Source: Bacteroidia bacterium (GTDB lineage Bacteria > Bacteroidota > Bacteroidia > UBA8524). From it: a stretch of DNA of 64,000 nt. Below are positions 42,001 through 50,744 of this stretch, piece by piece. Every line of letters starts with the position of its first letter. Position 1 is the first letter of the stretch. The notes under the pieces were generated by a model. It was not told the origin of the DNA. It searched no databases and was given only the letters and a program-made list of their open reading frames with translations. The position numbers and the translations under genes were made by a program. The stretch spans positions 34,349-98,348 of the forward strand of contig CAXPEB010000066.1 of the NCBI GenBank assembly GCA_964215915.1, read 5' to 3'.

Positions 42001-42235
42001 TGTGCTCTATCCGAACCCTGCCACCGGTTTGGTTACCGTGGATTTCGGAAGTGTTCTGACCGAGTCAGCTACCGTGCAGGTTTATGATATGACCGGAAAA
42101 CGGGTACATAGTCAACAGGCCTCTTCCGGTTCCGCTTCCATGAAGCTGAACCTGGATCTGGCACCTGGTACCTATCAGGTACACCTGGTGTCCGGAAAAC
42201 TCAATAAAGTGCTTTCTCTTCAGATTACACGCTGA
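36074..42235 (+). CDS. Large T9SS cargo / putative adhesin 4: ALK/LTK-like glycine-rich domain - Ig-like - fn3 - beta-helix - PKD-PKD-CUB-PKD-PKD - GEVED - 5x DUF5011 - type A CTD
   Basis: Signal peptide ending THA-Q; FTNAGAAGQYGPTQAQ...WIVPQTGLY...ILVGQKG plus poly-Gly runs; fn3 LTGLNERTTYYFYVR; DIDGNERC..GADES; GEFEDY; CTD LYPNPATG...GTYQV. Confidence 0.85.
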   Translation: MRNMLLKRAWPVLAACVLFITTTHAQTYTFTNAGAAGQYGPTQAQVNTAYTGTPLAGQVLVSGGIQYWIVPQTGLYSIAATGAKGYGTYGGRGAYMSGEFILNAGDTLKILVGQKGAPPVGSGTNQYGGGGGSFLTYFNNTPILIAGGGGGSWASSHTSTTDASTGTSGNTAANGPTNGAGGTNGAGGVDGGIAGGGGGLLGDGGDVSGGKAFINGGAGGRAATNGGEGGFGGGGGANSWDNRRGGGGGGYSGGGGAGSTTTGFPEGGGGGSYNIGMNQTNMAGIGTGDGIIVIKVLSSGATNDVGVISIDSPNVYCAGIHNVVATIQNFGKNVVDSVTLNWSMNGVAQTPFKFIGTIDTIGGTGGPTRQVTVGSFNFTSAAYTVKIWSSNPNGGNDTVNTNDTLTRVKQANLPAPGGLKALTVNPYNATLAWSGGSVSNTWAYVNATSAITPTGPGTVVAHDSVYLTGLNERTTYYFYVREICQTGDSSTWAGPLVYRTPCATILNGNYTLNPALPASATNFRTFANAVLALTECGVSGPVNIHVASGTFNERIEITEIPGASSTNLIRFVGAGRTSTILSNAGTSTANFVTLMFDGADFVEFRDMTIRGTGASNGIGVMFINKADSNALRNVNVTVNTTATGATVTGITFSGSKTSASTYADNGNYNHIDSVTVTGGYYGIRLNGGSTTLPIVGNKITNTTIRDHYYYGIYAYYNSQLVVDNCYMENTRNTANADGLYTTYMGNPRFTNNTIISGDYALYMSNLNTAYYDANLVSEVANNKIVSTADYGVYASGSGNFRFVHNSVSVSSAYALYFTGGSSVRMFNNHIQNYRTSANSYSMYATCGFDSLDYNNYWTLGTGIMFNFQGTTYNDFASYQGVAAGLGFDVNSYNQDPGFLSPTNLALDQSIINLRGKFAGWYYDIDGNERCEFAPTLGADESYFATPSPDAILVQEDSVFVSSPAKFYSAFTPLANVLLDYTWYVDNAVVSKERNYRHVFGTTGNYEVKLRVRSCTGVDRDSVMVNVINPSSIPNTDFTASKLVVDVLEPSQLSDLSDHGATQWEWTAEPSYDVIFSDAFISDPQVLFLSPGEYKICLTTWNSFGQGNMLCKTAYIKVNDDASLCSATESTLPAGRLTDEGGANGNYTANSNCSFLIHPCAGEVTLRFTQWLLSDADDELRVYDGTDNSGTLIGTFNGNSNLPGGTNGLVASSGKMFIEWSTSPAGQTAGFVAYWTSTPDPNTPKPVADFVTQDSVFIGQVASFVSTSTGDALSYQWDFDVPFLQAGIDGGKKESDRYQWNTPGTYPVALMVYNCGGGDTLQKQITVYAPVSAPVVGFTASRTKVPVLSTITLFDSSLQGGTAWEWTITPEVTVNMIGLPTDKDLKVSFLKSGQYTVQLKVTNSVGSDSLIKTAYIDVFDYCSPVVGSASSDVAISRVKFGTIDNASSSGAETYTSYVDLLPAVDLALRDSFDIRIERQSTVDPMSRKVWIDWNNDGDFTDAGEEVAFEASTKSLYYTARIGVPSTANLGFTTLRVGVSYGQDANKPCGINPTGEFEDYPVRITVDKQAPVITLMGMDTVWVEQGYSYTDAGAVAMDNVDGNLTPVMTTLNPVDTAMVGVYTVRYNVADNDGNQATERIRVVVVTPDVTKPVIILTGPASVTVTAMTNYTDSGATASDYYLKDLTPQLQFGDNVDLNSLGTYYYWYTVVDAVGNKDSVAREVVVVDDVAPVLQLAGANPLVMEVHTSINEPGYTVGDNYYSTVLVEIDSSMVNKHVIGVYPMTYTVTDGSGNVTVVTRLVSVEDHTLPLVILTGADTVVVDVFNTYIEQGVQVTDNYCSALTWSVNQKPNTSVLGEYTLIYTSVDCNGNTAVPVTRIVRVVDRQAPVLTLNGTAAVSMMRWESFTDPGVTIRDNYYDESILQTVLQISGNFDPNWVGFYSICYQVTDPSGNVSAQVCRTIEVLENTTGVQDMNGSAIVLYPNPATGLVTVDFGSVLTESATVQVYDMTGKRVHSQQASSGSASMKLNLDLAPGTYQVHLVSGKLNKVLSLQITR

Positions 42236-42254
42236 AAGTAAATGAACAAAGAAG

Positions 42255-42286
42255 AAGCGGGCTCCCTCCGGGGTCCGCTTTTTTTA
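42255..42286 (+). terminator. Intrinsic terminator
   Basis: AAGCGGGCTCC-ctcc-GGGGTCCGCTT followed by a T run. Confidence 0.8.
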
Positions 42287-42353
42287 TTCGAAGAAGCGAA
42301 GGGATGGATAGGGAGAATTGCCTATTTTCGGGCTTCAATCCGAAATTATGAAT

Positions 42354-43178
42354 ATGAAAAAACTTACTCTGATCCTTTCAGCAATCGCGTTGCTCCCCAG
42401 CCTGGCCTGGGTGAACGTGGCGTCGAACAAAGAACTGGTTGACCTGGAATGCTACCAGGAAAAAGGCCGGTTCTATTACCGCGGTATCTGGAATAAGGGA
42501 AAAGGTGGCCAGACCCTGAAACGTTATGAAAGTCCGGAAGCCTTTGAGGCTGATGCAGAAGCCATGTCCGGCCAAGGATATGCGCTCCGGGATATCGCTC
42601 TCAAAGAACAGGATGATGCCGTAGAAGTGGTGGCAGTCTATGATAAAAACGGCGAAACTTCTACTCTGGTAAGGATCAATTCCTGGGACGAATTCGAATC
42701 CGATTGGCAAGGCAAACAAAAGGAAGGCCTGCAAATCCAGGATTTTGATTTCTATACCTTATTCGGCGAAGAAGTGTATTACGGCATTTACCGTAAAATG
42801 GATAAGAAGTCGGAATACTTTGCTACAGCCAGCTGGACGGAAATGTCGGAAGAGATTGAGTCCAGAGGGAAAAAGAAATATTGCCTGATGGATGTGGACC
42901 GTGCCATGGTGGATGGTTCCTGGCACTATGTGGCATTTTTCAATGAGACGGAAAAAGAGTTGGAATACAAAGCCTTCAAGGTTACCGGCAACGACGCCGT
43001 AGAGCGTCAGGCCGGAGCCAATGCCAAAAAAGGCGTTATCCTGGTAGAGTCCGATGGTTTCATCCAGGGGAATGCCGTTGCGCATTTGACCGTTTATGTG
43101 AAGCAACCGCAACCCAACGCTTTGTTTGCTGCCGAAGAGTGGGAAGAATTTGAGAAAAAATTTATGGAATTCAATTGA
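42354..43178 (+). CDS. Secreted tandem-repeat protein, BTRD1 / polyglycine-hydrolase-like structural repeats
   Basis: Signal peptide MKKLTLIL...; about five ~50-aa repeats of the pattern W-x-E-F...(G/K)(Y/L)-x-(L/I)-x-D...Y-x-(G/A)-(I/V)-(W/Y/F)-x-K. Family assignment is by recalled pattern. Confidence 0.6.
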   Translation: MKKLTLILSAIALLPSLAWVNVASNKELVDLECYQEKGRFYYRGIWNKGKGGQTLKRYESPEAFEADAEAMSGQGYALRDIALKEQDDAVEVVAVYDKNGETSTLVRINSWDEFESDWQGKQKEGLQIQDFDFYTLFGEEVYYGIYRKMDKKSEYFATASWTEMSEEIESRGKKKYCLMDVDRAMVDGSWHYVAFFNETEKELEYKAFKVTGNDAVERQAGANAKKGVILVESDGFIQGNAVAHLTVYVKQPQPNALFAAEEWEEFEKKFMEFN

Positions 43179-43192
43179 TTGAAATTCCGTTA

Positions 43193-43240
43193 AAAAGGCG
43201 TCGTATTCCGGTCAATTTTGGCAGGAGTGCGGCGCTTTTC
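43193..43240 (+). terminator. Possible terminator hairpin
   Basis: AAAGGCGTCGTATTCC...GGAGTGCGGCGCTTTT, a long stem with several G-U pairs. Confidence 0.5.
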
Positions 43241-43264
43241 TGTTTATGCATTTAACTTGCCTTC

Positions 43265-44971
43265 ATGGAGAAACGCTGGATACAACGCAGGATACCCGAT
43301 GCTGCATTGCTGGACGGATTGAAGCGTATCCCCGGAGTGAGTGGCGCTCTGGCGGTACTGCTCGGGCAACGCGGTATCCGTGATTTTGACGAGGCCAAAG
43401 CGTTTTTCAACCCTGAGCTATCCGGTCTTCATGATCCGTTTCTTATGGCAGGGATGGAAGAGGCTGTGGACCGTATCGGCTTGGCAATAAACAAAGGAGA
43501 AAAGATTTTGGTATATGGCGATTATGACGTTGACGGTACCACGGCAGTTAGCGTATTCTATTCCTTCCTGAGGGAACACCATGATAGGGTTGATTACTAT
43601 ATCCCCGATCGTTATCTGGAAGGGTATGGTATATCGGGGAAGGGAATAGAAACAGCGCGCGATCAGGGCTTCTCTTTAATGGTTTCCCTCGATTGCGGGG
43701 TGAAGTCGGTAGAGCTGATCCGGCAGGCTAAAGAATGGGGCATTGATTTTATCGTCTGTGACCACCACCAGCCCGGGGAACAATTACCTCCGGCCGTTGC
43801 CGTGCTTGATCCAAAAAGGAAGGACTGTTCCTATCCCTACAAAGAACTGTCGGGTTGCGGAGTGGGCTTCAAGCTGGCTCAGGCTTTATGCATGAAGTAT
43901 GATTGGGACCCTGAAGGCCTTTTTCGTTACCTCGACCTGCTGGCGGTAAGCATTGCCTGCGATATTGTAGAGATCCGGGGTGAAAACCGGATACTGGCTT
44001 ATCAGGGCATGAAAAAACTGAACAGCAACCCGAATACCGGCCTTAAGGCATTGTTGGAAATAGCCTTTGCAGGGAAAGAAAAAAAACGCTACGATGTCAG
44101 TGATGTCCTGTTCTATGCCGGGCCACGGATCAATGCTGCCGGCAGGCTGGAACATGCTTATGGAGCGGTGGATTTGCTAATTGAGCAGGATGAACAAAAA
44201 GCCCGCGAATTTGCTTCCCGTCTGCACACTACAAACGATGTCAGGAAAGAGCTGGAGGCGGAGATCACCAAGGCAGCTATTGCCCAGTGCAACAGCATGC
44301 CGGGCTTTGACGAGATGAAAAGTACGGTGGTCTATCACCCCGAATGGAACAAAGGAGTAATCGGGATTGTAGCTTCCAGGCTGGTAGAGGAATTTTACCG
44401 CCCCACCATCGTGCTTACCCGCAGCGGTGAAAAAGTAGCCGGTTCTGCAAGATCCGTTCAGGGATTTGATATTCATGCAGCCATTGAAGCCTGCGAGCAA
44501 CACCTGCTACAGTTCGGAGGACATACCCATGCAGCAGGACTGACCATGGAGCCGGAGAGGGTGGACGACTTCCGTAAAGCATTTGACGAAGTGGTGCAGG
44601 CAAGCATCCGGGAGGAATCGCTGCAACCGATTGTGGAGTTTGACCTACCCCTTGACCTGGGTACGCTGCAACCGAATTTTGTTAAGAACCTGCTGCGCAT
44701 GGCGCCTTTCGGACCGGGGAACCAGAACCCACTTTTTGTAAGCAGAAAAGTAAAGGATACCGGCATGGCCAAAAATTATGGAGAACACCTGTCACTCAAT
44801 TTTTTCACGGGTGCAGGGGTTGTCGGAGGCATGGCTTTTTTCCAGGGACAGCACCTGGAGGAGGTAAAGCAGGGCAAACTTTTTGATATTTGCTACCACA
44901 TTGATCTTACCGAGTTCAATGGCAAAGAACGCCTGCAACTCCGGATCGTAGACATGAAATTAGCGGACTGA
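43265..44971 (+). CDS. recJ: ssDNA-specific exonuclease RecJ
   Basis: [60 protein letters not shown]. Confidence 0.97.
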   Translation: MEKRWIQRRIPDAALLDGLKRIPGVSGALAVLLGQRGIRDFDEAKAFFNPELSGLHDPFLMAGMEEAVDRIGLAINKGEKILVYGDYDVDGTTAVSVFYSFLREHHDRVDYYIPDRYLEGYGISGKGIETARDQGFSLMVSLDCGVKSVELIRQAKEWGIDFIVCDHHQPGEQLPPAVAVLDPKRKDCSYPYKELSGCGVGFKLAQALCMKYDWDPEGLFRYLDLLAVSIACDIVEIRGENRILAYQGMKKLNSNPNTGLKALLEIAFAGKEKKRYDVSDVLFYAGPRINAAGRLEHAYGAVDLLIEQDEQKAREFASRLHTTNDVRKELEAEITKAAIAQCNSMPGFDEMKSTVVYHPEWNKGVIGIVASRLVEEFYRPTIVLTRSGEKVAGSARSVQGFDIHAAIEACEQHLLQFGGHTHAAGLTMEPERVDDFRKAFDEVVQASIREESLQPIVEFDLPLDLGTLQPNFVKNLLRMAPFGPGNQNPLFVSRKVKDTGMAKNYGEHLSLNFFTGAGVVGGMAFFQGQHLEEVKQGKLFDICYHIDLTEFNGKERLQLRIVDMKLAD

Positions 44972-45759
44972 TGATACTTCGTACCGAGCAACTCATTAAA
45001 GAATACCGGAAAAGAAAAGTAGTGAATGAAGTCTCCATACAGGTGGCGCAGGGGGAGATCGTCGGGTTGCTGGGGCCGAACGGAGCCGGAAAAACCACGA
45101 CCTTTTATATGACCGTGGGCTTGGTCCAACCGGACGAAGGCCAGATCTTCCTGGATGAACAGGATATTACCCGCCTGCCTATGTATAAGCGGGCACAGAT
45201 GGGTATCGGTTACCTGCCACAGGAGTCTTCTGTGTTCCGAAAACTCAGTGTTGAGGACAATATCATGGCCATCCTTGAGATGACCACCCTCAGCAAAAAA
45301 GAACAAAAAGCCAAACTCGAAGAACTGATCGAGGAATTCAGCCTTGAAAAAGTCAGGAAGAGTGCCGGACAGGTGCTTTCCGGCGGTGAGCGTCGTCGCA
45401 CGGAAATAGCACGGGCATTGGCTACCGACCCGAAGTTCATCCTGCTGGATGAGCCGTTCGCCGGTGTGGACCCCATCGCCGTGGAGGATATTCAGGGTAT
45501 TATCGCCCGCTTGAAACAAAAGAATATCGGGGTACTGATCACAGACCATAACGTGGATGAGACCCTGGGAATCACAGACCGGGCCTACCTGCTCATCGAA
45601 GGGAAATTATTCAAGAGCGGAACGCCGGAAGAATTGGCCAATGATGAAACAGTCCGGCGTTTGTACCTGGGCCGGAACTTTGTACTGCGACGCAGTCATG
45701 TCGTTGCCGAAATGGACAGAAACGCAGCTTCGGGCACTTCGGAAGAAGAGGAAGTGTAA
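44971..45759 (+). CDS. lptB: LPS export ABC transporter ATP-binding protein
   Basis: [62 protein letters not shown]. Confidence 0.95.
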   Translation: MILRTEQLIKEYRKRKVVNEVSIQVAQGEIVGLLGPNGAGKTTTFYMTVGLVQPDEGQIFLDEQDITRLPMYKRAQMGIGYLPQESSVFRKLSVEDNIMAILEMTTLSKKEQKAKLEELIEEFSLEKVRKSAGQVLSGGERRRTEIARALATDPKFILLDEPFAGVDPIAVEDIQGIIARLKQKNIGVLITDHNVDETLGITDRAYLLIEGKLFKSGTPEELANDETVRRLYLGRNFVLRRSHVVAEMDRNAASGTSEEEEV

Positions 45760-45798
45760 CTTTTGGGGAGTTTGTCGTTATAGGATAAACAACTTCCT

Positions 45799-47670
45799 AT
45801 GCGGCGTTCTTTCTTTTATCTTATTCTGGGCACAGGCTTATTAACAGCCGTTTATTTTCTTCGGGTTCATCAATTGGAAAAACAACCTGCGAACAGCGGG
45901 CAATCCGGGCAATCCGGACAATCCGGGCTTTCCCGTGAAGCATCCGTTTACGATCCCGGTACCCGAACGGAAAATGACGAAGAGCAGTCATTTACGGTTT
46001 TAATTCATCCGGACATGCCTTCCTGGCAAATGGAAAATCAGGACCCTGTTTCCATTTCCCCTCCCGAACTTTCCACGCCATCGCATCCGGAATATCTGAC
46101 TTGGTCAGACTGGGCTGCAAAGCCCGAATTCCGTGAAGTGAAGAACATCCATCCACCCATTCATGGATTGGAGCCTCCGGCCACTACCACCCTGGTTGAT
46201 CCCGTAATAATCCGTGAAGGAGGAGTGCTTGCCCTGGGAATGGGGTCCTTTCTCCATCTGCCTCCGGATGCCATGATCGATGCATCGGGCAAACCCGTTG
46301 ACGAACCGGTGAAGATCTCTTATTGTCCGCTGACCGATCCCGTAGATATTTACCTTTCCGGAGTCCCGATGGGGTATGACAGCGCCGGTACCACCAGTAC
46401 CTTTCGTACGGCCGGTATGTTTCGCCTGGAAGCCACTACTTATGATGGTCGCCAGGTGCAGTTAAAGCCCGGTAAGGAAATGAGGCTGGATATGCCCACC
46501 ATCGATTCGGCAGACACCTACAACTTTTACGCGTTCAACGAGAAAGAAGGAGGCTGGGAATGGAAACGGCCGGCACCGGCGGCCAGGCCAAAGATTGAGC
46601 TGATCATGGATACGCTGGATATCTCCTATGATTTCGATACGAACTCCTTTGCTACCAAATTCGATGATTTAGACTACCATGGCCTGGTCCATTCCAGGTT
46701 CCAAAAATCCGAAAGGTATTACGGGTTAAGAAGAACCTTTTTCAACCGGCACCGGGCACTGACCGAAAACCACCATTCTAAAACATACACCTACCGCAAG
46801 ACCCGGCTAATCAAATTAAGGGCCTATCAGATATACAAGGGCCAGGATGAAAACCATAAACCTCTCTATGAAGTTAGGTTCAATATCACCTTCTACGGAC
46901 AGGCTTATGAGTTGTTTCCGGAGATACGTTCACTCGGGAATCAGACCTATGTAGCCGAAGATTGCCGGAATATCCGGGAGTTTTATAGCCGCTATTTCAG
47001 GGGAAAGCGGTATCATGATATCCGCCTGAACTATTCTGAAGGCGACGAACAATGTGAGATTGTGCTGAAGGACGAGAAAGAGTTTGTACGGCTTCCGGCC
47101 AGGATTGCTTTTGGAAAGCATCGGGTTTCGGGTATGCAGGAAAAACTCTTCGCACGCAAGTATGCCCGTTACCGGAACACCCTGGGTGAGAAAGAGGTGT
47201 GGCATGATGAAACCGTGAAACGCAAAAAGAAGGAGTTTATCCTTCGGAATATTGTTAATTCGGCCACGGGATTTGTCAACCTGTACCAAAGTTACCGTCA
47301 GATCAGCCTCCCGGGATTTGCCACCTACAACTGCGATCAGATCGCGCGGATGCGGAAGCCGGAGAAAATCCTTACCCATTACCTGCGTCCTGACGGAACT
47401 AAGATTATTCCCGATGTGGTTACGGTATACGACAATGTGGCCAGGGCTTCGTTCTATTTCGATTATGCCCACCGGATGGCCCCAACTTGTAGCAAGGGTG
47501 GGTTCCGGTTTGCCCTGGTCAGCGATGGGGAGAACCACCGGAAATACGCCTTTACCCGAAATATGCTGGTCAAAGGTCAGTTCCCGGAATCCTGTGTGCT
47601 TATTCCGATACCGGAGAAAGCTACGGATGATGAAATCCGCAATATCCTGAATAACGGTTATCCGAACTGA
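45799..47670 (+). CDS. Hypothetical membrane-anchored protein
   Basis: 623-aa ORF with an N-terminal hydrophobic anchor, Pro-rich linker, and FRTAGMF and YNCD motifs of a type I recall from uncharacterised Bacteroidota proteins. Confidence 0.7.
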   Translation: MRRSFFYLILGTGLLTAVYFLRVHQLEKQPANSGQSGQSGQSGLSREASVYDPGTRTENDEEQSFTVLIHPDMPSWQMENQDPVSISPPELSTPSHPEYLTWSDWAAKPEFREVKNIHPPIHGLEPPATTTLVDPVIIREGGVLALGMGSFLHLPPDAMIDASGKPVDEPVKISYCPLTDPVDIYLSGVPMGYDSAGTTSTFRTAGMFRLEATTYDGRQVQLKPGKEMRLDMPTIDSADTYNFYAFNEKEGGWEWKRPAPAARPKIELIMDTLDISYDFDTNSFATKFDDLDYHGLVHSRFQKSERYYGLRRTFFNRHRALTENHHSKTYTYRKTRLIKLRAYQIYKGQDENHKPLYEVRFNITFYGQAYELFPEIRSLGNQTYVAEDCRNIREFYSRYFRGKRYHDIRLNYSEGDEQCEIVLKDEKEFVRLPARIAFGKHRVSGMQEKLFARKYARYRNTLGEKEVWHDETVKRKKKEFILRNIVNSATGFVNLYQSYRQISLPGFATYNCDQIARMRKPEKILTHYLRPDGTKIIPDVVTVYDNVARASFYFDYAHRMAPTCSKGGFRFALVSDGENHRKYAFTRNMLVKGQFPESCVLIPIPEKATDDEIRNILNNGYPN

Positions 47671-47673
47671 TCG

Positions 47674-49566
47674 TTAATAGGCCCTTTCATGAATGCCTTC
47701 CATATAATTCACGAAGGCCTTGTTCACTACCCGATACCCGCCAGGTGTCGGGTAGTTGCCGGAGAAGTACCAGTCGCCTAGATCGTTCGGACAGGCAATA
47801 TGCAGGTTGCTGAGACTTTGATAAATGATTTCTACCTCGGCGTCAATGTCTTCCGGAGTGAGGATCTCGGCGATCTTTTTTGAGATCTCCGCATTGCTGA
47901 ATAGAGCATAAACAGCCTGTAACGGGTTGCTCTGGCTGCCGTCGGGTTTTTTAAGTTCGGCCTTGGCCTGCTCATAGGCAGCTTCCAGTTTATCCTCTTG
48001 GTTCGTCTCTTCGATCAGCCTCATCAGTGCCTGGAAGGCCACAAAATCCTTCATCTTGCTCATGTCAATCCCGTAGCAATCCGGATAACGGATCTGGGGA
48101 GCTGAAGAAACCACAATAATCTTTTTCGGTTTCAGCCGGTCCAGGATGCGGAGAATACTAAGCTTGAGCGTAGTACCCCTTACGATGGAATCGTCAATTA
48201 CCACCAGGGTATCGATTCCGGGCCGGATCACTCCATAAGTCACATCATAAACATGCCCCACCATGTCATCCCGGTGCTGATCGGCGGTGATAAAGGTGCG
48301 GAGCTTCACGTCCTTGATGGCAATTTTTTCCCTTCTGGGGCGAAGCGAGAGAATATGCTCCAGTTCTTCCGGGGTCAGGCTGCTCCCCCTGCGGAGTATT
48401 TCCTCTTTCTTATAGGTATTCAGGTAATCCTGCAAGCCGTCGATAATTCCGTAAAAGGAGGTGCTGGCTGTATTGGGGATGTATGAAAAGACCGTATTCT
48501 CAAAATCGTTGCCGATACGGTCGCGGATACGGTGTGATAACAGCCGGCCCAACTCTTTCCTTTCCGTATAGATGCTGGCGTCATTGCCCCTTGAGAAATA
48601 GATGCGTTCAAAGGAGCAGCTCCTGCGTTCGGCGGGGGTAAGGATATTCTCTTCTTTTAAGTCGCCATTGCGTTTGATGATAAGCGCATTGCCGGGCCCG
48701 ATTTCTTTGATGGAATCAAGGGAAACATTGAAGGCTGTTTGGATAGCCGGCCTTTCGCTGGTAACCACTACCACTTCATCATCTTCATAGTAAAAAGCAG
48801 GGCGAATTCCTGCAGGGTCTCTTAGAACAAAAGCATCTCCCTGACCGATCATGCCTACCATGGCATAGCCGCCATCAATGTTTTTGAATGAACGGCGAAG
48901 AATTTGGGCGGTATCCAGGTTCTCCGCAATCAGTTTGCTCACCTCTTCGTTGCTGTAGCCCAGGGCATGGTATTCATTGAAGAGGCGTTCGTTCTCATCG
49001 TCCAGGAAATGCCCGATCTTCTCCAGCATGAGCACACTATCGGATTTTTCCTTAGGATGTTGTCCGATATCCAGCAATTGCTGGAACAATTCGTCGACAT
49101 TGGTGAGGTTAAAGTTACCGGCCAGAACAAGGTTGCGGTTCTGCCAGTTATTCTGCCGCAGAAAGGGGTGGCAGTTTTCTATGGTGTTCTTGGCATAAGT
49201 TCCGTAACGCAGGTGTCCCAGTATCAGCTCGCCGGTAAAGGGCACCTCATTTTTCAGATACGGAATATCCTTTCGTTGTTCCGGGCTTAGTTCATTGAAA
49301 TGCTTGTGCACTTCCTTAAAAACCGATGCAATGGGGTTATCGGAGTTGGATCTCTGCCGGCTGATATAGCGTTTACCAGGCTGTACATCCAGTTTGATCG
49401 TAGCCAGTCCGGCCCCATCCTGTCCGCGGTTGACCTGCTTGAGCATCAGCAGGTTCATTTTTTTTATGCCGTAAAATGCCGATCCATACTTATCAAGATA
49501 GTAGTCCAGAGGCTTTTTCAGGCGGATGAATGCGATGCCGCATTCGTGTTTGATGGAATCGCTCAT
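47674..49566 (-). CDS. purF: Amidophosphoribosyltransferase (long Bacteroidota type)
   Basis: Short propeptide then the Ntn Cys (HE-CG); NRGQDGAG, GHLRYGT, CSFERIYFSR, PRPP motif VIDDSIVRGTT, YPDCYGIDM. Confidence 0.95.
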   Translation of the reverse strand: MSDSIKHECGIAFIRLKKPLDYYLDKYGSAFYGIKKMNLLMLKQVNRGQDGAGLATIKLDVQPGKRYISRQRSNSDNPIASVFKEVHKHFNELSPEQRKDIPYLKNEVPFTGELILGHLRYGTYAKNTIENCHPFLRQNNWQNRNLVLAGNFNLTNVDELFQQLLDIGQHPKEKSDSVLMLEKIGHFLDDENERLFNEYHALGYSNEEVSKLIAENLDTAQILRRSFKNIDGGYAMVGMIGQGDAFVLRDPAGIRPAFYYEDDEVVVVTSERPAIQTAFNVSLDSIKEIGPGNALIIKRNGDLKEENILTPAERRSCSFERIYFSRGNDASIYTERKELGRLLSHRIRDRIGNDFENTVFSYIPNTASTSFYGIIDGLQDYLNTYKKEEILRRGSSLTPEELEHILSLRPRREKIAIKDVKLRTFITADQHRDDMVGHVYDVTYGVIRPGIDTLVVIDDSIVRGTTLKLSILRILDRLKPKKIIVVSSAPQIRYPDCYGIDMSKMKDFVAFQALMRLIEETNQEDKLEAAYEQAKAELKKPDGSQSNPLQAVYALFSNAEISKKIAEILTPEDIDAEVEIIYQSLSNLHIACPNDLGDWYFSGNYPTPGGYRVVNKAFVNYMEGIHERAY

Positions 49567-49580
49567 GTCGTTTGCTGCTG

Positions 49581-49588
49581 CAAAGTTA
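49581..49588 (-). promoter_or_regulatory. Bacteroidota -7 promoter element for purF
   Basis: Minus strand reads TAACTTTG(C), 14 nt upstream of the purF ATG. Confidence 0.7.
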
Positions 49589-49654
49589 ATAAATCCTTAA
49601 AGGTCCAATGGTTGCAGAGGCAGTAAAATCCTTACAAAATGAATACCCCTTTCG

Positions 49655-49662
49655 TATCTTTG
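49655..49662 (+). promoter_or_regulatory. Bacteroidota -7 promoter element for aroQ
   Basis: TATCTTTG immediately before G-ATG-ATG. Confidence 0.65.
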
Positions 49663-49663
49663 G

Positions 49664-50092
49664 ATGATGCGTATCGGTATTGTCAACGGGCCTAATTTGA
49701 ACCTGCTGGGAAAGCGGGAACAGGGCATTTATGGAAAAGTGAGCTTCGAGTCATTTCTGGATAAGCTGAAAGAGGAGTTTCCCGGTACGGAAATCCGGTA
49801 TTACCAGAGCAACGTGGAAGGGGAACTTATCAATAAACTTCATGAATGGGGGTTTACCATGGATGGCATTATCCTGAATGCGGGAGGCTATACCCATACT
49901 TCCGTGGCCCTCGGAGATGCCGTGGCATCCATCGATGCACCAGTGGTGGAAGTACACCTTTCCAATATCCTGAACAGAGAAGAGTTCAGGCAGATCAATC
50001 ATATCGCCCGTGCGTGTAAAGGATCTGTTTTAGGGTTCGGTATGGATTCCTATCGCCTAGGCCTTATTGCCCTTCAGGGAATATTGACCTGA
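49664..50092 (+). CDS. aroQ: Type II 3-dehydroquinate dehydratase (true start may be the second ATG, 49667)
   Basis: NGPNLNLLGKRE..IYG, QSNVEGELI, NAGGYTHTSVAL.DA, EVHLSN...REEFR. Confidence 0.97.
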   Translation: MMRIGIVNGPNLNLLGKREQGIYGKVSFESFLDKLKEEFPGTEIRYYQSNVEGELINKLHEWGFTMDGIILNAGGYTHTSVALGDAVASIDAPVVEVHLSNILNREEFRQINHIARACKGSVLGFGMDSYRLGLIALQGILT

Positions 50093-50224
50093 TCCGCTAT
50101 CAGTCAAAAGGTGTCATTTAACCATTCTGAAGTAGAATGTCCCTATTGTGGGCACGGGTAAACAAAATAATGGCCACTATATCTTTAACCAAAGTGCAAC
50201 TCGATAATAATTGCGAGATTTCAA

Positions 50225-50232
50225 TAACTTTG
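50225..50232 (+). promoter_or_regulatory. Bacteroidota -7 promoter element
   Basis: TAACTTTG 15 nt upstream of ATG 50248. Confidence 0.6.
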
Positions 50233-50247
50233 GCTTCCTAAAAAGAG

Positions 50248-50736
50248 ATGTCAATGCTCGAAGAAAGAGAAAGCTATAAACACCTATTCGCTAAGAACCT
50301 TCTCAAGAGATGGTTTCTTGAACAAGATACTAATAATGACTTTTGTAGCGTAGCACAATTCAATTGGCGTTCAAATTATGGAATATTTACGGAATTGGAG
50401 TTCTATGAGACTTCAAATCCATTCTATTTTGAATTATCGGATGGGCTGAGAGAATATTCGAGTGAAAGAAGTAAAAATCCTCTGGACTGGTTTGATCCAG
50501 ATTTTAATAGAGGAAAGATTCTGTTTGTGCCGGACATCACCCTTTTTCACAAGGGTTCGGCTGTTAAACTTTTGGAGGTTGTTCATACCAATTCAGTTCC
50601 CGATTGGAAAAAGCGACGGATAGAAAAGTTCTTTGCGGGAAATCATATCGAAGTATATGAAATCCAGGCTGAGGAAATACTTCGGCACGACAAGACCATA
50701 GTACCGGCTTATTTAGAATGTAGACAAATCATTTAG
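50248..50736 (+). CDS. Hypothetical protein, possible PD-(D/E)xK-like nuclease fold
   Basis: AT-rich 162-aa ORF with its own -7 box; ESYKH near the N-terminus and FVPDI...LEVVHTN motif. Confidence 0.6.
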   Translation: MSMLEERESYKHLFAKNLLKRWFLEQDTNNDFCSVAQFNWRSNYGIFTELEFYETSNPFYFELSDGLREYSSERSKNPLDWFDPDFNRGKILFVPDITLFHKGSAVKLLEVVHTNSVPDWKKRRIEKFFAGNHIEVYEIQAEEILRHDKTIVPAYLECRQII

Positions 50737-50744
50737 ACTTTTAA

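Noticed and set aside
10313-42087. Many long antisense or alternate-frame ORFs inside the giant genes (e.g. 21013-21981, 38726-39925) and the dcw genes
   Set aside because: Shadow ORFs fully overlapping well-supported genes, with no recognisable motifs.
10067-42235. Recombinase-driven shuffling or a diversity-generating retroelement acting on the adhesin tips
   Set aside because: No invertase, integrase or reverse transcriptase in the window, and I saw no long near-identical DNA repeats; the paralogues look anciently diverged.
45892-45927. 9-bp tandem repeat (CAATCCGGR x3) encoding SGQ repeats
   Set aside because: In-frame linker repeat; too short for CRISPR or phase variation.
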